Assembly (NCBI GenBank): GCA_977017645.1
Contig: OZ360249.1
Coordinates: 27,032,001 to 27,096,000, forward strand
DNA from: Torpedo marmorata
Lineage: Eukaryota
DNA: 64,000 bases
Direction of reading: 5' to 3'
The translations under genes were made by a program, and so were the position numbers. The notes below the pieces were generated by a model, which searched no databases, was not told the DNA's origin, and worked only from the letters and a program-made list of their open reading frames with translations. The first letter of the stretch is position 1, and each line of letters starts with the position of its first letter. Positions 1-13,571 of the stretch are shown here, in pieces.

Positions 1-745
1 CAGCTGCGCATTTCTGTTGACCATCGAGTGATAAGAAGGGGGGAGTCGGACTTCCAAGTTATTGCTATACATTTCTTTGCCACGGAAAAAGCTTCCTTTA
101 CAAATTGGATTTGAAATTTAGATAATTTGTAGCTTATGTCCATTAAATTTCCTAAAAGATACAGCTCCGGATCCAGCGGAAAGTTTACCCCTGAAATTCT
201 GGTTAGTGTGTTAGATATGTCATGCCAAAAGGGGTGCACCTTTACGCAGGACCAAGTGGAGTGCAGAAAAGTTCCAGTTTCTACACCACATCAGTTATAA
301 CTCAAACTCCAAGGTACAGCAAAATGTAATGTATAACAAATTAATGGTGTGACGTCTCCAAAAAGATGGGAAAAGCACTGACGGTACGTTTAATTTTCTT
401 TTCTTTTATTTCAGGTTTAGACTTGTGTAGTTTTTGCGGTGTAAGATATAATTGGTGTAAGAAGTTATACTGGATCAGTCTGTATCTGGCATTAATAACC
501 GCCGTCATACTATGCCTACACCAGTCTGACCATCAACGTTCATGAATTGTACCCAGGTCCGACTCCCACCTCTCCCTCGATCTATCTATACCTGGTTTAG
601 GGCTTTCAGTCTGTAAAACAAAGTACATTCTGGATGTAAATTTGAGTGAGTTTCTCAGTCGAAGTATCTGCTCCACCTCGTTGCTAATAGGTGGGGTCAC
701 AATGCTGGCTATCTTGAGTATATTTCTTAAATACCTGTAGGTGGG
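1..745 (-). mobile_element. Degenerate L1/Tx1-clade LINE ORF2 C-terminal fragment
   Basis: Minus strand reads VAKKCIAITWKSD and SRERWESDL; same motif as 53975..54205. Confidence 0.6.
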
Positions 746-1283
746 TCAGGTCAGTGATTTATTCCCCAGAGTCATTTGGTTATTTTATGGATATTTAATT
801 TGTATCTCTTTTACTTGGTCAGTAGTTCAGATGACAGTAGAACTTTTTTTTTTGAAAATGCAAGTGGTCTGGATTTTGGATCACATTGTACAACTTTTCT
901 GAGAATAGCTGATTCCATTTTGGATTGATGAATGACAACATAGTCATTGTGGCATTTTCTGACAAGATTATGACCACTGAATATTTGCACTAGATGTTTC
1001 CTTTGTACCTGGTCGTTGCACTCAAGGATTTGACAGTGTTGATTGCAATTCGGATGGAGTCATTTTTTCGCAATTCTAAGTACGAAATATTAGAACACAT
1101 TGTTTTACATTTTAGCAGCAAGGATCATCATTCCCAGTGGGGTTGTGTTTTATTTACAATGATTGCTCTGTAATATTGTTAAACTATGCAAAGAGACCAT
1201 AAAGAAGGAGAACTCCCAAATGTCTATGCGCAATAAAAAAATTCAAACAAACGTGTTTCTACTTGATTCTCTCCTTGGAGAAA

Positions 1284-1338
1284 TGCCGCAAAACACCGAA
1301 TTTCATGACTTGTTCATGACAATAGATTCTGATTCTGA
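1284..1338 (+). mobile_element. Extreme 3' tail of a Rex1/Babar-like LINE (~55 bp)
   Basis: Matches the 3' ends of the copies at 13572-14536 and 55977-56318; ends in (ATTCTG)n. Confidence 0.75.
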
Positions 1339-1563
1339 AGTGCAAGTTTGGTTCACCAAAGCCACAATTGCACAGATATTTGACCTGTTTAAATATGATT
1401 TGTATGTTTCTATTTTCAGGTGACTTTGTTCTTATAATTTCCAATGTACTCCAAATATTACCTTAATCGGTAAAGAGTTGCATATATTAATCCATACTAG
1501 GTGTTTGCCCTTGCACCTCACACTTGCTAATTCATTGGTTAACTGTATTAAGATCTTTTGCAG

Positions 1564-1735
1564 ACGATTCATCATTTGAAGCATCTAAGTGGTCGTCGCA
1601 GATCTTCAGTCCTGACTGCCCACCTGGAAGCTTTGCCAAGCCAGCTTGGATCACATGAAGTTCACAGACAAATTTCACACTATGCTAATGCACTTTGCCA
1701 CTTCCACATTGCGGCAAGCATTAATCCAAATACAG
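1564..1735 (+). CDS. DMXL2: DMXL2 exon (TIHHLK...INPNT), phase 0->1
   Basis: ttttgcag acceptor; G|gttgga donor. Confidence 0.85.
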
Positions 1736-2056
1736 GTTGGAATCAATGGAACCACTAATTACTTTTTCCAAGTTAAAGTAATCTGACGTATTTAAATTCA
1801 AATTGACAGTTCAAAGGTAAAACTAATTTTGGTGAGGTTAGAATTTTATGGGGCTATTTTAAAACCCAGTTTGTGTGGGGGGAAGGATTGAAAGTTGGGA
1901 GAGTTGGTTTTTTGACCCAGTGGCACAAAATTCTCTCTTTCAATTCTCTCTTTGATGAAGCTGAGGCACTTGCTTCCATTCAGGTGGGGGCTTAATTTAA
2001 ACCTAAAAGTCACAATCTGATAATCTATTCAGCACCGTGATTTGGGTGTGAATTCT

Positions 2057-2264
2057 GTCATTGTGGCATTTTTTGACAAGATTACGACTGCACTGAATAT
2101 TTGCACTAGATGTTTCCTTTGTAGCTGGAGTTCAAGAATAGGTCTGTGGAAATGGAGCGAATAACTTTTGTGGGTATGGGCCAAACAGCCAACGTCCAGC
2201 TCATTTATGACTATGCTGATTCGGATTTGGTAGTGAAGGGTTCAGACCAAGTTCTTACCAGAAA
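2057..2264. repeat. Composite local duplication (matches 943-1012 plus 3019-3154)
   Basis: Direct sequence comparison; near-identical. Confidence 0.85.
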
Positions 2265-3435
2265 TCCATCAGCAAAATCTGATGTAATGTAGCAGATTTG
2301 TCAGAAAAGGCCAAGATGAGTAATATATCTATTCTGTAAATTTCAGATAGAACAGTAATGCTTTTAATCTCCTACCCTGACCTTTTCCCTTCCTGATGAT
2401 CAACATATTTCAGATACACCCCATTCCCAATCCATAGTGTTTGCCTTTTACCACCAGCAATCACCTCTCATCTCAATTCTCCCTTTACCCCAATTCTAGT
2501 TTCTTTCTGCCAGCGTTGATATTTTTGCTAGCTTTGGCTGGAGCACAATTTTGTACATTAACAAAACATCCTGGCAGTTCTTCTCATTGTCATTAAAGTG
2601 CTGTGATTATTCTAAACAGCTCTTTTGATGTTCCAAATAGTAAAGCTTTTTATTGCTGTGATTAAATTTCTGGTTTTTTTTTGAAGTTGTTGAAGTAACA
2701 ATTGAGGTAACATTATTACGACTCCATATAATTCATTTCTGAAATCTGTGACTATTTCCGTAAATAAGTTGTAGTGGGAACCCATTAAATGGTTGTAAAT
2801 TCATTTAGGCTTTGGATGTGTGGTATATTATTCATATTGGCTTATAGTGACAGAGTATCTGAATATCCACACAATATCATGTAATAGAGGTGAATGAGGT
2901 GGAGAAATTCCTCAAGACAAGATTTTCTACTTCCAACAAAGAGCCAGGATAAAAGTGACATGGATGCTTAAGTTTTCACTTGACATGTCTGATTGAAAGG
3001 AGTCAAAATACAGGTTGAAGCTGGAGTTCAAGAATAGGTCTGTGGAAATGGAGCGAATAACTTTTGTGGGTATGGGCCAAACAGCCAACGTCCAGCTCAT
3101 TTATGACTATGCTGATTTGGTAGTGAAGGGTTCAGACCCAGTTCTTACCAGAAAATTTCAAAATAATTCATGCAATATATTGTGCATGTTTATTTAGTTA
3201 TGAGAAATTCAAATGTGTCCAAGATAGGAATCCTGACGTTACTTAAAATGCACTCTATAAAGATGCTCTTTTATTCTTCTCGCCTTTCTTAAGAAGATAT
3301 TTTTAGTTTGAAAATGTTTTGATTGCAGCTGCATTTGGCTTCAGTTTGATCTAATGCAAAATACTGATCAGATGGCGATGAATATATTTCTCAGTATATA
3401 AATGAGAAAGATAACGCTTCAATTGTTATACACAG

Positions 3436-3642
3436 ATATTCCACCAGCACTAGCTGGAACAGCTTTTAACATTGAAGAGAGTGGTGGAAATTTTGTGGTT
3501 CATTGGCTGAACAACAAAGAGCTACATTTTACATCATCTATGGAAATATTCATGGAGCATTTGAGGAAACTCACAGATCAACAGATGGAAGACGAGGTTG
3601 ACATTGCCAGTCAGAATGGATTGAAAATGAAACTAGACACTG
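3436..3642 (+). CDS. DMXL2: DMXL2 exon (DIPPALAG...MKLDT), phase 1->1
   Basis: cacag acceptor; G|gtgagc donor. Confidence 0.88.
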
Positions 3643-6188
3643 GTGAGCATAGCAAATTAAAGGTTTGTGTGGCACAGTATAGTTAAGCATATTTTAATCT
3701 GCAGTAGGATTTGTTTAAAATAAACAATCTGTCAATTTTGTTTAGGCTTGGTCTATTTGCCCATGCACTTGCCCACCAAATGAATTAAAGAGGGAACAAG
3801 CACAAAACACTTTTTTAATGATGTAAACAAATATTAAAACCATTTATATCATAACAACAATAATTTCTGTCAAATTTATTAAAGTTACTTTCAGTCCTTC
3901 CACAATTTTTGTGGCTTTAGTTTCAAATGTTGTTGAGTCATAAATCATCATAAGTAAAGTATGCTCTACACAACCACATAATGCATAACCCAGAGTAATT
4001 GTAATTGCTGAGAGTTCTGAGTGATCCTTTATGCTTTCCTTTCAACTTCACCACAAACCTTAAACGTACTCAATTCACCTCATCTATCAGTCACTTACCA
4101 ACTGTCTCTGTCAGCTAGGATCTACACGTATTCATATGCTTTTTCTGAACACTCTCCATATTTAACTACCATGACAAGCTCTTAACATGGAATATATCAG
4201 CATGCACATATCCTGCTGTCCCAGCTGTACCCCATCACCCAACATATTTTGCAATACTCATTGATTAAGGCCTCCCTCACTTGTTATATCCGAGGCAGCA
4301 TGTTATCTGCAGTGGGAGATGCTTAACATTCTCTAATCATCAGTTTTTGTTATGATTTTTGTTGTAGATTTCTGCTTCAATGGCTTCTGCTTCTGAAGCC
4401 ATTCAAGATGATTACAGCAAATTCGACTTCTTGCATCTAACTCCCCTTTGATTCACAGGCTTTTCATATATATCTACAGTGCATGCACTTCTCATATACC
4501 CCATTCCCTCAACACAGACCTATCCCTGTCCCATTCTCTTTTCAGACTACCAGGAAGTTTATCCTGGCCAATGAATGCAGACGCAGTGACTTGGTTCACA
4601 CTTTCAACTTCTGATCAAAGATAGGCACTGCATGTAGTTTTGGATGTCACATGAAAACTGATCTGCAACTGAGACAATGGAAAGGAATGGTTTGTAACTA
4701 AACCAGAGGGAAGGCTACTTTGCATGCTAACTTTCTCGACAGAAGGTAATGCAGGTTCCACAATGTAGGGTTTTAATGGGGTAGCCTACAGAAAAAGATG
4801 ATAGTTGCATAAAAATGAATGCTTGGTGTTGGGAGGCCAGCCAGCAGGCATGCACTTCACATAAAGGAGCTTGGAACCTATCGCATGCAGTGTGAAAGTG
4901 GTGGTGAACTCGGTTTGCATTTTTGTGGACCAAGTTGTGTGGCCTTGTCTGATGAAGATGTTCCAAGTACCTTTGTCATACAAGTATTAAGTCATCAAAT
5001 ATTGGATTTCTAGAACATGGCAGAGTTGGATTAAGATTTATGCAAAGCATTTGGTCAGTGATGCCCTCCCCTAAGCGGAGCCCTGCAATCTGGACAAAGC
5101 TTTACCTAGAGTTTTCCAAAAGCAAGAATGAAATGTAGTTTTTTCCCTTTGACCAAGTCCCAATGACCAATGTAACAACAGAGTGGGTGGTGAACTGGAA
5201 TAAATGTTTCTATCTTCAGCCTGGAAGGAGTCAGATACATAGATTCAATGGCAGTGAAGACCTTGACAGTTAGCTTGACAGCAATTGCAGGTGTATCGGT
5301 GTTTCTGATTTCAGTTACACTCCTGGTTAAAATTTTGATATGCCATACATTGTTCTTCATTGAGAGGGTGTAAGACAATTAATTATTCTCTGATCACATT
5401 CAGCAGTTATGGCTTGCGGTGCCTTTCTTTTCTTCTCCTCCTCCCTCATCAAGTAGGTTGTTTTTCATTGTGTATCCTCTAATTACACGTTATGCATTAT
5501 TACAAAGGGGATACCGATTAATATATCTATGGCAACAACTGGTTTGTGCAGATGTTCAATCAAAATAAAGTCCTTCATTATTTTTGCCCTTCATTATTTT
5601 CGCATATTAGTCCTTCTAGATTAGTGCTCCAAATAATAACCATGGGAAGCACCAAACACTTGTAGAGTTGAAATACCACCAGAAGAAGTCAACTAGCAAT
5701 TAACCAGTAAATATTTGATTATTCTATTAAATAACATGTGTGGAGTCATTCATGCTGCTTAGTTTGCACTGAGTTCAGCAGTACAAATTGAAGAGAGTTG
5801 TATCAAATTGCAATAGAACACAAATGTTATCATTGATGTTAAATCAATTTGTACATTGTTGACATAGTAATCTGCTTGATCTGCAATTTAGCAATTCACA
5901 GCAGAAGTATGCATCAAGCTGTTTTGATTACCATATAAGAATTGATTGTTTTGTACTTCATAAGGGATGTGATTTAAAAATAAGTGAAATCGATGAAATA
6001 CTGCACTTAATCAGAATTCCCTTTCATTTACATCAGAAATTCTATATTTTAAAGCAGTTAAAATTCTTCTAATCCATCTGCAAGTTGTGGAATGCACTGA
6101 AGATTAAAATGGCAATTGTTCAATGAAGAGTGCACCGTTTATTTGAAGTTTTCTTTGAGTAAGACTGATTCATTTCAATTTGTCACAG

Positions 6189-6451
6189 AAACAGAAGAAA
6201 CTTCAGAGAAGGGATCAGAATATGAGAGTGAAGAAGCTAAACAAGATGGAAGAATCAAAATACCTTCACTGTCCTTTGCTGGAGTTCCGCTACCCACCAT
6301 TCTGTTGGATCGAAATATTGAAGCATTGCAAACTGAGTGGAACAAGAATGCTGATATGCTGTTTACAATCCATCCTATAGATGGTTCATTTTTAGTGTGG
6401 CATGTGAAGTATTTAGATGAGTACCATCCAGGAATATTTAGACAAGTTCAG
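6189..6451 (+). CDS. DMXL2: DMXL2 exon (ETEETSE...IFRQVQ), phase 1->0
   Basis: tcacag acceptor; CAG|gtacag donor. Confidence 0.88.
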
Positions 6452-6744
6452 GTACAGATGAAATACCTTAAATGTTTTTGTATTTTAAATAGAAAAAGTC
6501 CATATTCAAAAGATAAAACGTGTTGAGATGAAACCTAATAATGTCATTTAGAAATTATGGTCAAATTTGGGTAGTGAGTTTGGCATCTGAATGCAGTAAG
6601 GCATGTATTGATTTATTCACTTAAGTAAATTATCTACAGTCTGGAATAGTCAAAATGTTTTGTTCCCTTTTGATGTGTGGAAACATTCTCACTTGAATCA
6701 GGATCTAAAACAAGAGATTATAAATCAATTTGAGATTGTAACCC

Positions 6745-7130
6745 CTCAAAAGGCTGTACAGTTTTGCAGTTCAAAATCAGGCCCTTTGGTCCAACTTGTT
6801 CACGCTGACCAAGCTCATCCTATTTGCCTGCGTTTAGGCCCATATCCTGCTAAATATTTCCTATCCACGTACTTATGTCTGTGTTAAAGTTTTATCCAAT
6901 GCAGTAGGTGCATAGAAATTGTGGTTTATTTAGGGTCTAATAACAGCAGGAAATAAACTCCTTGAATGTGGTGGTGTGTGATCTCACACTTGCAAATCTT
7001 CCTGATGGGAAGTGGGTGAAGAGAGTGTGGCTGGGATGGGATGTCTTTTAATATGTTGGCTGCTTTTCCAAAGCAGTGGGAAGTATATATGAAATTGATT
7101 GAAGGGAGGAAGGTTTGTGTGATGTCAGAT
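6745..7130 (-). mobile_element. Degenerate CR1 3'-end and Rex1-like fragments
   Basis: ggccctttggtccaac...ttgcctgcgtttaggcccatatcc matches 50920-51110; cttcctgatgg...ggctgggatgggatgtctt resembles Rex1 3' region. Confidence 0.5.
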
Positions 7131-7300
7131 GTAAGCAGAAAATAAAATTGGCTTGCTTGGCAGCCATCTTCAAACCACTTAATTATGTGTTGATTAGTGC
7201 CTCTAACTCTTCTGGTCACTTTAGTTCCTTTTGGGTCATGTGTTCACCTCTTGCATACTTTTATTGAGTTAGAGGTTTATTGCAAGTCACTGCTTCCTTA

Positions 7301-7534
7301 AATTTTTTTAAATTTAGACATACAGCACGTTAACAGGCCCTTTCGGCCCATGAGCCCAATTACACCCAGTTGACCTACAACCCCGGTACATTTTAAACAG
7401 TAGGAGGAAACCGTAGCACCCGGAGGAAACCCACGCAGACATGGGGAGAACGTACAAACTCCTTAAAGACAGCACCAGATTTGAACCATGGTGGCTGGCA
7501 ATATAACAACGTTGCGCTAATACTAAGCCGCCGC
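7301..7534 (-). mobile_element. tRNA-derived V-SINE (HE1-like)
   Basis: Reverse complement of the V-domain core (ctccccatgtctgcgtgggtttcctccgggtgc...ggtttcctcc); AT-rich tail. Confidence 0.8.
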
Positions 7535-7616
7535 TTTCTTCTAGACAAGATAATTTTCAAATCCTGCTGAAGTGTGTGTGATCTAAAAATATACATTTTT
7601 TTTTGTTTTTTTTAAG

Positions 7617-8271
7617 GTTGCATTTTCATCTCGGATTCCTGTTGCTTTTCCTACTGGTGATGCCAACTCACTCAGCAGAAATCTAATGATGTACGCATGC
7701 ACTCTTAAAAATGTTAAGCACCTACCCGATAATGATCCAAAAATCAATGGAGTGACCCAATATGTGAATGGTTCAAAAATAAATATTGCCTCTCCATCAG
7801 TAATGATGATTTCAAAACACATTGATGGATCACTAAATCAATGGGCAGTAACTTTTGCTGAAGAATCTGCCTTTAGCACTGTTTTGATTGTATCACACAA
7901 ATTCAGATATTGTGGACATCGTTTTCATCTAAATGATTTGGCTTGTCACTCAGTGCTTCCCTTGTTGTTGACTTCTTCACATCACAATGCTCTCATGACA
8001 CCTGAAACGGACGTTGTTACAGAAAAGCTTAAGATAGAACCTGTGAAATCTTTAAAAGGGGAAAGAACACAACAGGTTAAAAATGCTGCCACACGAACAT
8101 TTCATGATCCTAATGCCATCTACAGTGAACTAATCCTATGGCGTATGGACCCAATAGGACCATTGTCATATTCTGGGGGCGTTTCAGAGTTGGCACGTAT
8201 CAATTCCCTGCACACTTCGGCCTTTTCAAATGTAGCCTGGCTTCCAACGTTGATTCCAAGCTATTGCCTTG
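7617..8271 (+). CDS. DMXL2: DMXL2 exon (VAFSSRIP...PSYCL), phase 0->1
   Basis: poly-T then aag acceptor; G|gtgagt donor. Confidence 0.92.
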
Positions 8272-9242
8272 GTGAGTTTGCTTCAAACTAGTTTGATATA
8301 GTTTAAGTGTATAATGAGATTAGTTGTTTCTGCCATGTCAGTCAAAACTAAATTGAAACTTTTAGTGTGTTATTGTTTCAAACTGTGTTCCTTGGTAAAA
8401 TAAGAAATCTGTTGTAAATTTGAAATGCTGAAGCCCTTAGAGCTTTATAAATCCTACAATTTATCATTATTTTACCTTACTGACTGTATCTATCAGGATA
8501 ACATCAATTTGTTACTTTGCATTTTCTTTAAATTGGATATGTTAACACCTTATTAGTTAATAAAAATTTGGATTTTTATGAGAATATCTTTCTTCAAGAT
8601 CCAATAGACCTCCATCTGTTCTAGAAAATATGAGCAAATGTTGCAGCCACCAAAATCAGAAGAACAAAATCCAGATACTCCACAATAAGTTACCATAGTG
8701 TCCAGGAAGTTCTCACATTATGAAAAATGTCCAAGCCAGGCATCTTTGTAGCATTATTGTGACAGGTTTTATGTTGTGCACTTGTACCTAAAGGAAAATA
8801 GGTTTCAATATCCAAGAATATTTGGTGCAGAGGTAGATTCCATTAATTAAGACCTTTCTAAATCCTAAAGGCAAAAAGGAACTGTAGATAACCCCACTGT
8901 GACATCTGATCCCAGTATGTCTGTATAATATATATGGGGAAACAAAGAATTATTCAAATTTAACATTAAATTTCAATATTTAAAGCAATGTTCTCAAAAA
9001 CACATAACCTGTGGGATTATATTGCAATTACTTTGCCACCTTTCCCTAGCTTTTTGGAAAAACTTATTTTTAAACCCATCATCTACTTATTGTTAATTAA
9101 CAATATTCATTGTGTGCCCTCTTAATGTAAAGAGGCACTATTATTAACATACTAAATATTGCATTACTTTTTGAAATCTTTAAAAGTCAATAGAATATGT
9201 AATAATGAACTGATTACAATTGTATCCCATTATTATATTTAG

Positions 9243-9364
9243 GCACATACTGCAACTCTGCCAGTGCTTGCTTTGTTGCTTCTGATGGTCAGAATCTTAG
9301 ACTTTACCAGGCCGTTGTTGATGCTAGAAAACTCCTGGATGAACTTTCTGATCCTGAAATATCG
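9243..9364 (+). CDS. DMXL2: DMXL2 exon (GTYCNSASACF...DPEIS), phase 1->0
   Basis: tttag acceptor; TCG|gtgagt donor; manual translation. Confidence 0.92.
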
Positions 9365-10074
9365 GTGAGTTAATGACTACGAAACTGAAAAAACAAAATT
9401 GCATTTTAAAATGTTCTTCAATAATTTTAATCACCTGATTAGTTCTGTATTTTTTAATGTAATAGGAACTGACAAAGTTATGAAAAATGTGGTTGTAAAA
9501 CTAAGAAGGTGAGAAAACCAGGACACCAAGAGTTGTTTATGAAGGAAAATGCAGTGAAGGCTGAAGGCATGGCTGCCAATTGTTTGGCAAGGTTGAGGAA
9601 AATCGGGGCCAGAGCAATGAAGAGTTGACTGGGAGGCATTGCGATGGTAATAGGAATGTCAATGTAAAGATTTAAACATACATAATAATTTGAAATGGTA
9701 TTGTTGGACTTGGAGTCAGCATATGCCGTGGTGATAGGTAAATGGGACGTTGGATGGCAGATTACAGAGATCAAGTTTTGGATAAGATGAAGTTTAGTGG
9801 AAGAGACCAGGAAGGAAAGTCTTGGGTGTCATAAAGTAGAATGGTAGAAATGTGATTAATCCATGAACAAGGATCTCTGTGGGTTATCTCAGGTATCTGA
9901 TATGGCCCAAATTTCCCCTTCATTCCAGTCTCTAATTGTAGGAATATTTTAACTTTTCTTTTTCATGTGCTTTGATACAAAATAAATAAGGGTTGTACTG
10001 TCTCACTATTTCTGTATTGGATAAGTTGCTTTTGGAACTATTGTATTTAATCTTTTATTACATCTCTTTTGCAG

Positions 10075-10164
10075 AAACTTGTTGGAGAAGTATTCAACAT
10101 AGTAAGCCAGCAATCAACAGCTCGTCCAGGTTGCATTATTGAACTGGATGTAATAACAAAGCAG
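10075..10164 (+). CDS. DMXL2: DMXL2 exon (KLVGEVFNIVSQQSTARPGCIIELDVITKQ), phase 0->0
   Basis: ttttgcag acceptor; CAG|gttaga donor. Confidence 0.92.
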
Positions 10165-10470
10165 GTTAGAAATTTGGAATTATGTGAAATTTGACTTTCT
10201 TTTTAATTTGTGTTCTAACGTTATAAAATGTTAGCATTTTAATGCTAAAATTACAGCCTTTTTAATTTTCCTAATTTCTGAAATGTAAAACATAATTTGT
10301 GGAATAGTGTTTTAAGCATCTTTCAAATGGTAAATATAAAATCAATTACTGGGCGATTAACTTTTGTTCATTGGTGTGTGGTAGTAGTATATATGGGTGA
10401 CTCACCCCCTCCTCCTAGTGGGATACTTGTGTTCCAATAAAGTGGTCTGGGTTAGTTGAGAAAAAAACAG

Positions 10471-10690
10471 TCTGCAGCTGCTGTGATTGTGGTAAAAACA
10501 CACAGAAATGCTGGAGGAACTCAGCCAGTCTCGCAGCGTCCAGAGGAGGTAAAGATATATTACCGCCGTGCAGTTTCGGGCCTGAGCCCTTCAAGGAATA
10601 AACAAAGAACAGGAAGGCGTCAAAATAAAGACAAGACTTGCTGGGGAGGAGTCCAGGCCGTCAAAAGGATGATAAGAACAGTCTCATCTC
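10471..10690 (-). mobile_element. Penelope-like terminal repeat (pLTR) fragment
   Basis: gtaaaaacacacagaaatgctggaggaactcagc...tttcgggcctgagcccttcaagg; matches the 3' end of the PLE at 54922-55435. Confidence 0.75.
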
Positions 10691-10796
10691 TTTAGGCTTC
10701 ATAGTTCAAAATTAACTATCCCAATGAAAAGTTACAAATCATCTGCAGATCTTCAATAATATGTCCAACTAAGTTCTTGCTTTATTCCTGTTTCAG

Positions 10797-10911
10797 TGTG
10801 GCTCGAACACACAACTACTTCATGTATTCCAAGAAGATTTTATCCTGGGATATAAGCCACAGGAAGAAAAAAATGAGGAGCAGGTACTTCCTTGTATTCA
10901 ATCTGCACAAG
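10797..10911 (+). CDS. DMXL2: DMXL2 exon (CGSNTQLLHVFQEDFILGY...SAQ), phase 0->1
   Basis: tttcag acceptor; G|gtatgc donor. Confidence 0.88.
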
Positions 10912-11417
10912 GTATGCTGAATCAGTTATAAGGACTTCTAACTTGGTACATTCTGATTTACTATCTCCTTAACTTCAATCTATTCAAATCAGTTTGGTTC
11001 ACTTGGGAGTTCTCTTGTGTCTGATCACTTTCCAACTTAAACAGATGCATTAGTGCAGTCCAAAGAATGGTGCATTGATATTTGGTGTTGATATTTGGAT
11101 GAAAATCATTCCTGTTAACTGAAACTGTTTCTTCAAATACCAGCGAATGTCTAAAAACACCACATTATGTGGTCATTCATCTTATTTGCTGTTTCAGCTC
11201 TGTGATTTCCTATATTTCGGTACAGCATCCAAAAATACTTTGGGATACTCACTGGTGATGTGCTTCGATATGAAGTGAAACATTCTTTTGTTTCCAGTCT
11301 TTCACTCATGTTGAATTTTAATGTATAATTTGCAGACTCAGAATTGTATTTTAATTTCTCTTATTGCAATAAGAAATCTGGTTGCTTTCTGAATTGTTTA
11401 CACTTCTGTCATTTAAG

Positions 11418-11534
11418 GATATCATGCACCTTCATTTTCTGAAAAGTTCTACCTTGTGGTAATAGAACGAGACAAGAAGCGATCTGTTCTTCACATGTGG
11501 CATCTCCATTTGAAGTCTGTGCAGCCTCATATGG
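11418..11534 (+). CDS. DMXL2: DMXL2 exon (GYHAPSFSEKFYLVV...HLKSVQPHM), phase 1->1
   Basis: tttaag acceptor; G|gtaggt donor. Confidence 0.88.
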
Positions 11535-11761
11535 GTAGGTACATGAAAACATCACACACAGGTTGATTGGTACTGTATCACTGAGGCTGCATAACTAAGG
11601 ACCTCTTCAAATTACTTAATGAACTTCAAAAAAATTACAACAGGGATGTGACTGGAGGAAAAGTCATGTTTACTTTTATTAATTGTGATTATTTGCAGGT
11701 CAGTACCCATGTTCAGTTTTGCGGGATGGGGGAAATAACTTTAATTATGTAAATAACAATA

Positions 11762-11956
11762 CAGTAAAACCCCTGGTATTCGGCATCTGTGGGTATCGGT
11801 AGATGCCAGATAAGTGAATTTTCCAGTAGCTTTAGATTGCGTGTTGCATGATTGGCGAACTAACGGCGAGGCGCACCAATTTTATTTCTTACCTATTTAT
11901 TTTCCGCGATTTTTTTTTTTGCCTGTTGCTTGAATTCTAGATAATGGGTTTTACTG
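11762..11956. mobile_element. Tc1/mariner-pogo type MITE
   Basis: TIRs CAGTAAAACCC / GGGTTTTACTG; TA on both flanks; second copy at 50624-50830. Confidence 0.8.
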
Positions 11957-13571
11957 TATCAGGTCCTAAAACTTGATTTAAATTATTTGACTCATGCAGT
12001 TAAATCTTGTCTGCAAAGTTTTTAAATCTAGGTAATTTTTGTTATCAATGCAGTCCAGGGATGGGATTGGTTTGGTTCATGGGGATTGCTAGAGAAGCTG
12101 GTAATTGGGTGGACAGACGACATGTCTCGGGAGCAGCTGAGGGAGAGGCCAGTGACCTTGGAAGCCCACTGCAATATAGTGATCTGGCTGCTGCAGCAGA
12201 GGCTTTGTATTTTTGATCTCCAATTTCTGCATTATTACAATTTACATAAGATCTTGTACATAACTCTTCTTGTTTGGTTAAATAATTTTTATGATGCAAA
12301 AAAGGAAAATGTAGTCAAAGTGCCACAAGTTAGGAAGTATTGCTATGTAAGCCCGGGTGGTTGATTCTAGGACATCTACTTCCAAGGAATAATCAAGTTC
12401 TATAATGGAAGGGAGAAGTATTGATATTCTGAACTAATAAACTGAAATGAGTTTCTGTGTTTAAATTTATTTGTTTTCAGAATGTGCCCATCACAAGTCA
12501 TGCCTGCATTTATTGTACATCCCTATTTTCCCCTGAACAAGCAATCTAATGTTTTCTCCCAAAATAGAATTGTTCTATTTGAATGTTGCAAATTCATTTT
12601 ATAGATATACTTGTGGTTCAGACCATAAACTAATGTGGGATTTTTGCTAATTATTCCAGAATATTTTAATATTAATTTTGATATGTAACATTATTAGATT
12701 TGAGAGAATGGGCAGATCTCCTATTGCCCCAAATCAATGGCTACTTGCCACTGGACCACACTGTTAGTTCCAAGATTTAAGGATTTTTTTTTAAAAAGTA
12801 CATTTTAAAAAACCTCCCAAAACACATTCATACATTCAAAATGAATTTAAAATATTGTTTTAAAATGCTTGTTAATTTCAATCTGCTTGCTTTGTATCCA
12901 GAGCTAGATTTTGTCCATTCATTGGATTGGTGGTTCCAGTATAGCTCTGTGGACAGGATTCCCGCCTAAAGGGTGGAAAGTGTGTGGAATGTCACTGACT
13001 CATGGGAAGTTCCCAGAATAGCATTTGGAAAGGTGCTGCTGGCATTGGCAGAGTGGAAGATGCTTGTGTCAGCATCAGGAGAAGGATTTTGATGGGAATG
13101 CTTGGACAACTCCTGGCATTAGCACTATAATTTACATATGTAAAAGAAAAAGGTCATTCTATCCATCAAGTTCATGACAACTCCCAACATTATAACCATA
13201 TCGGTACCATTCCTTGGCACTTTTTTCTCTTGCGCTAAAACTTAATTTAATGCCTGATAATTTCCCCGTTGTTTCTTTGGAAACATTCCTATTCTAGTAG
13301 GTAACTTAAAAGCCAATTAATCCACTAGCAGGTGTTTGGAATGTGGGAGGAAATGACAGAAAACTAAATGGGAAGAACATAGAAACTCCATATGGCAACC
13401 AACGTCAGGATCAAACGGCACTCCCTGCCTGTAAATCATCCCCAATATACATGGTTTATATTTCACTACCTAGCTTTGCTTTTATAATGCACACTTTGAA
13501 TGTCTTAGCCCTCTTTAATAGAAGATTAATAATATGGGTTACTATGATATGGAAATATAAATTATTCATGT

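Noticed and set aside
3643-3662. Alternative donor AAG|gtttgt extending the exon
   Set aside because: Phase 0 is incompatible with the phase-1 acceptor at 6189; the gtgagc donor at 3642 fits.
3900-5500. Moderately GC-balanced stretch with short ORFs, perhaps an ancient TE
   Set aside because: No diagnostic motif or termini recognised; cannot be classified.
12007-12364. ORFs between DMXL2 exons
   Set aside because: No DMXL-like peptide and no convincing splice sites; the flanking exons already join in phase.
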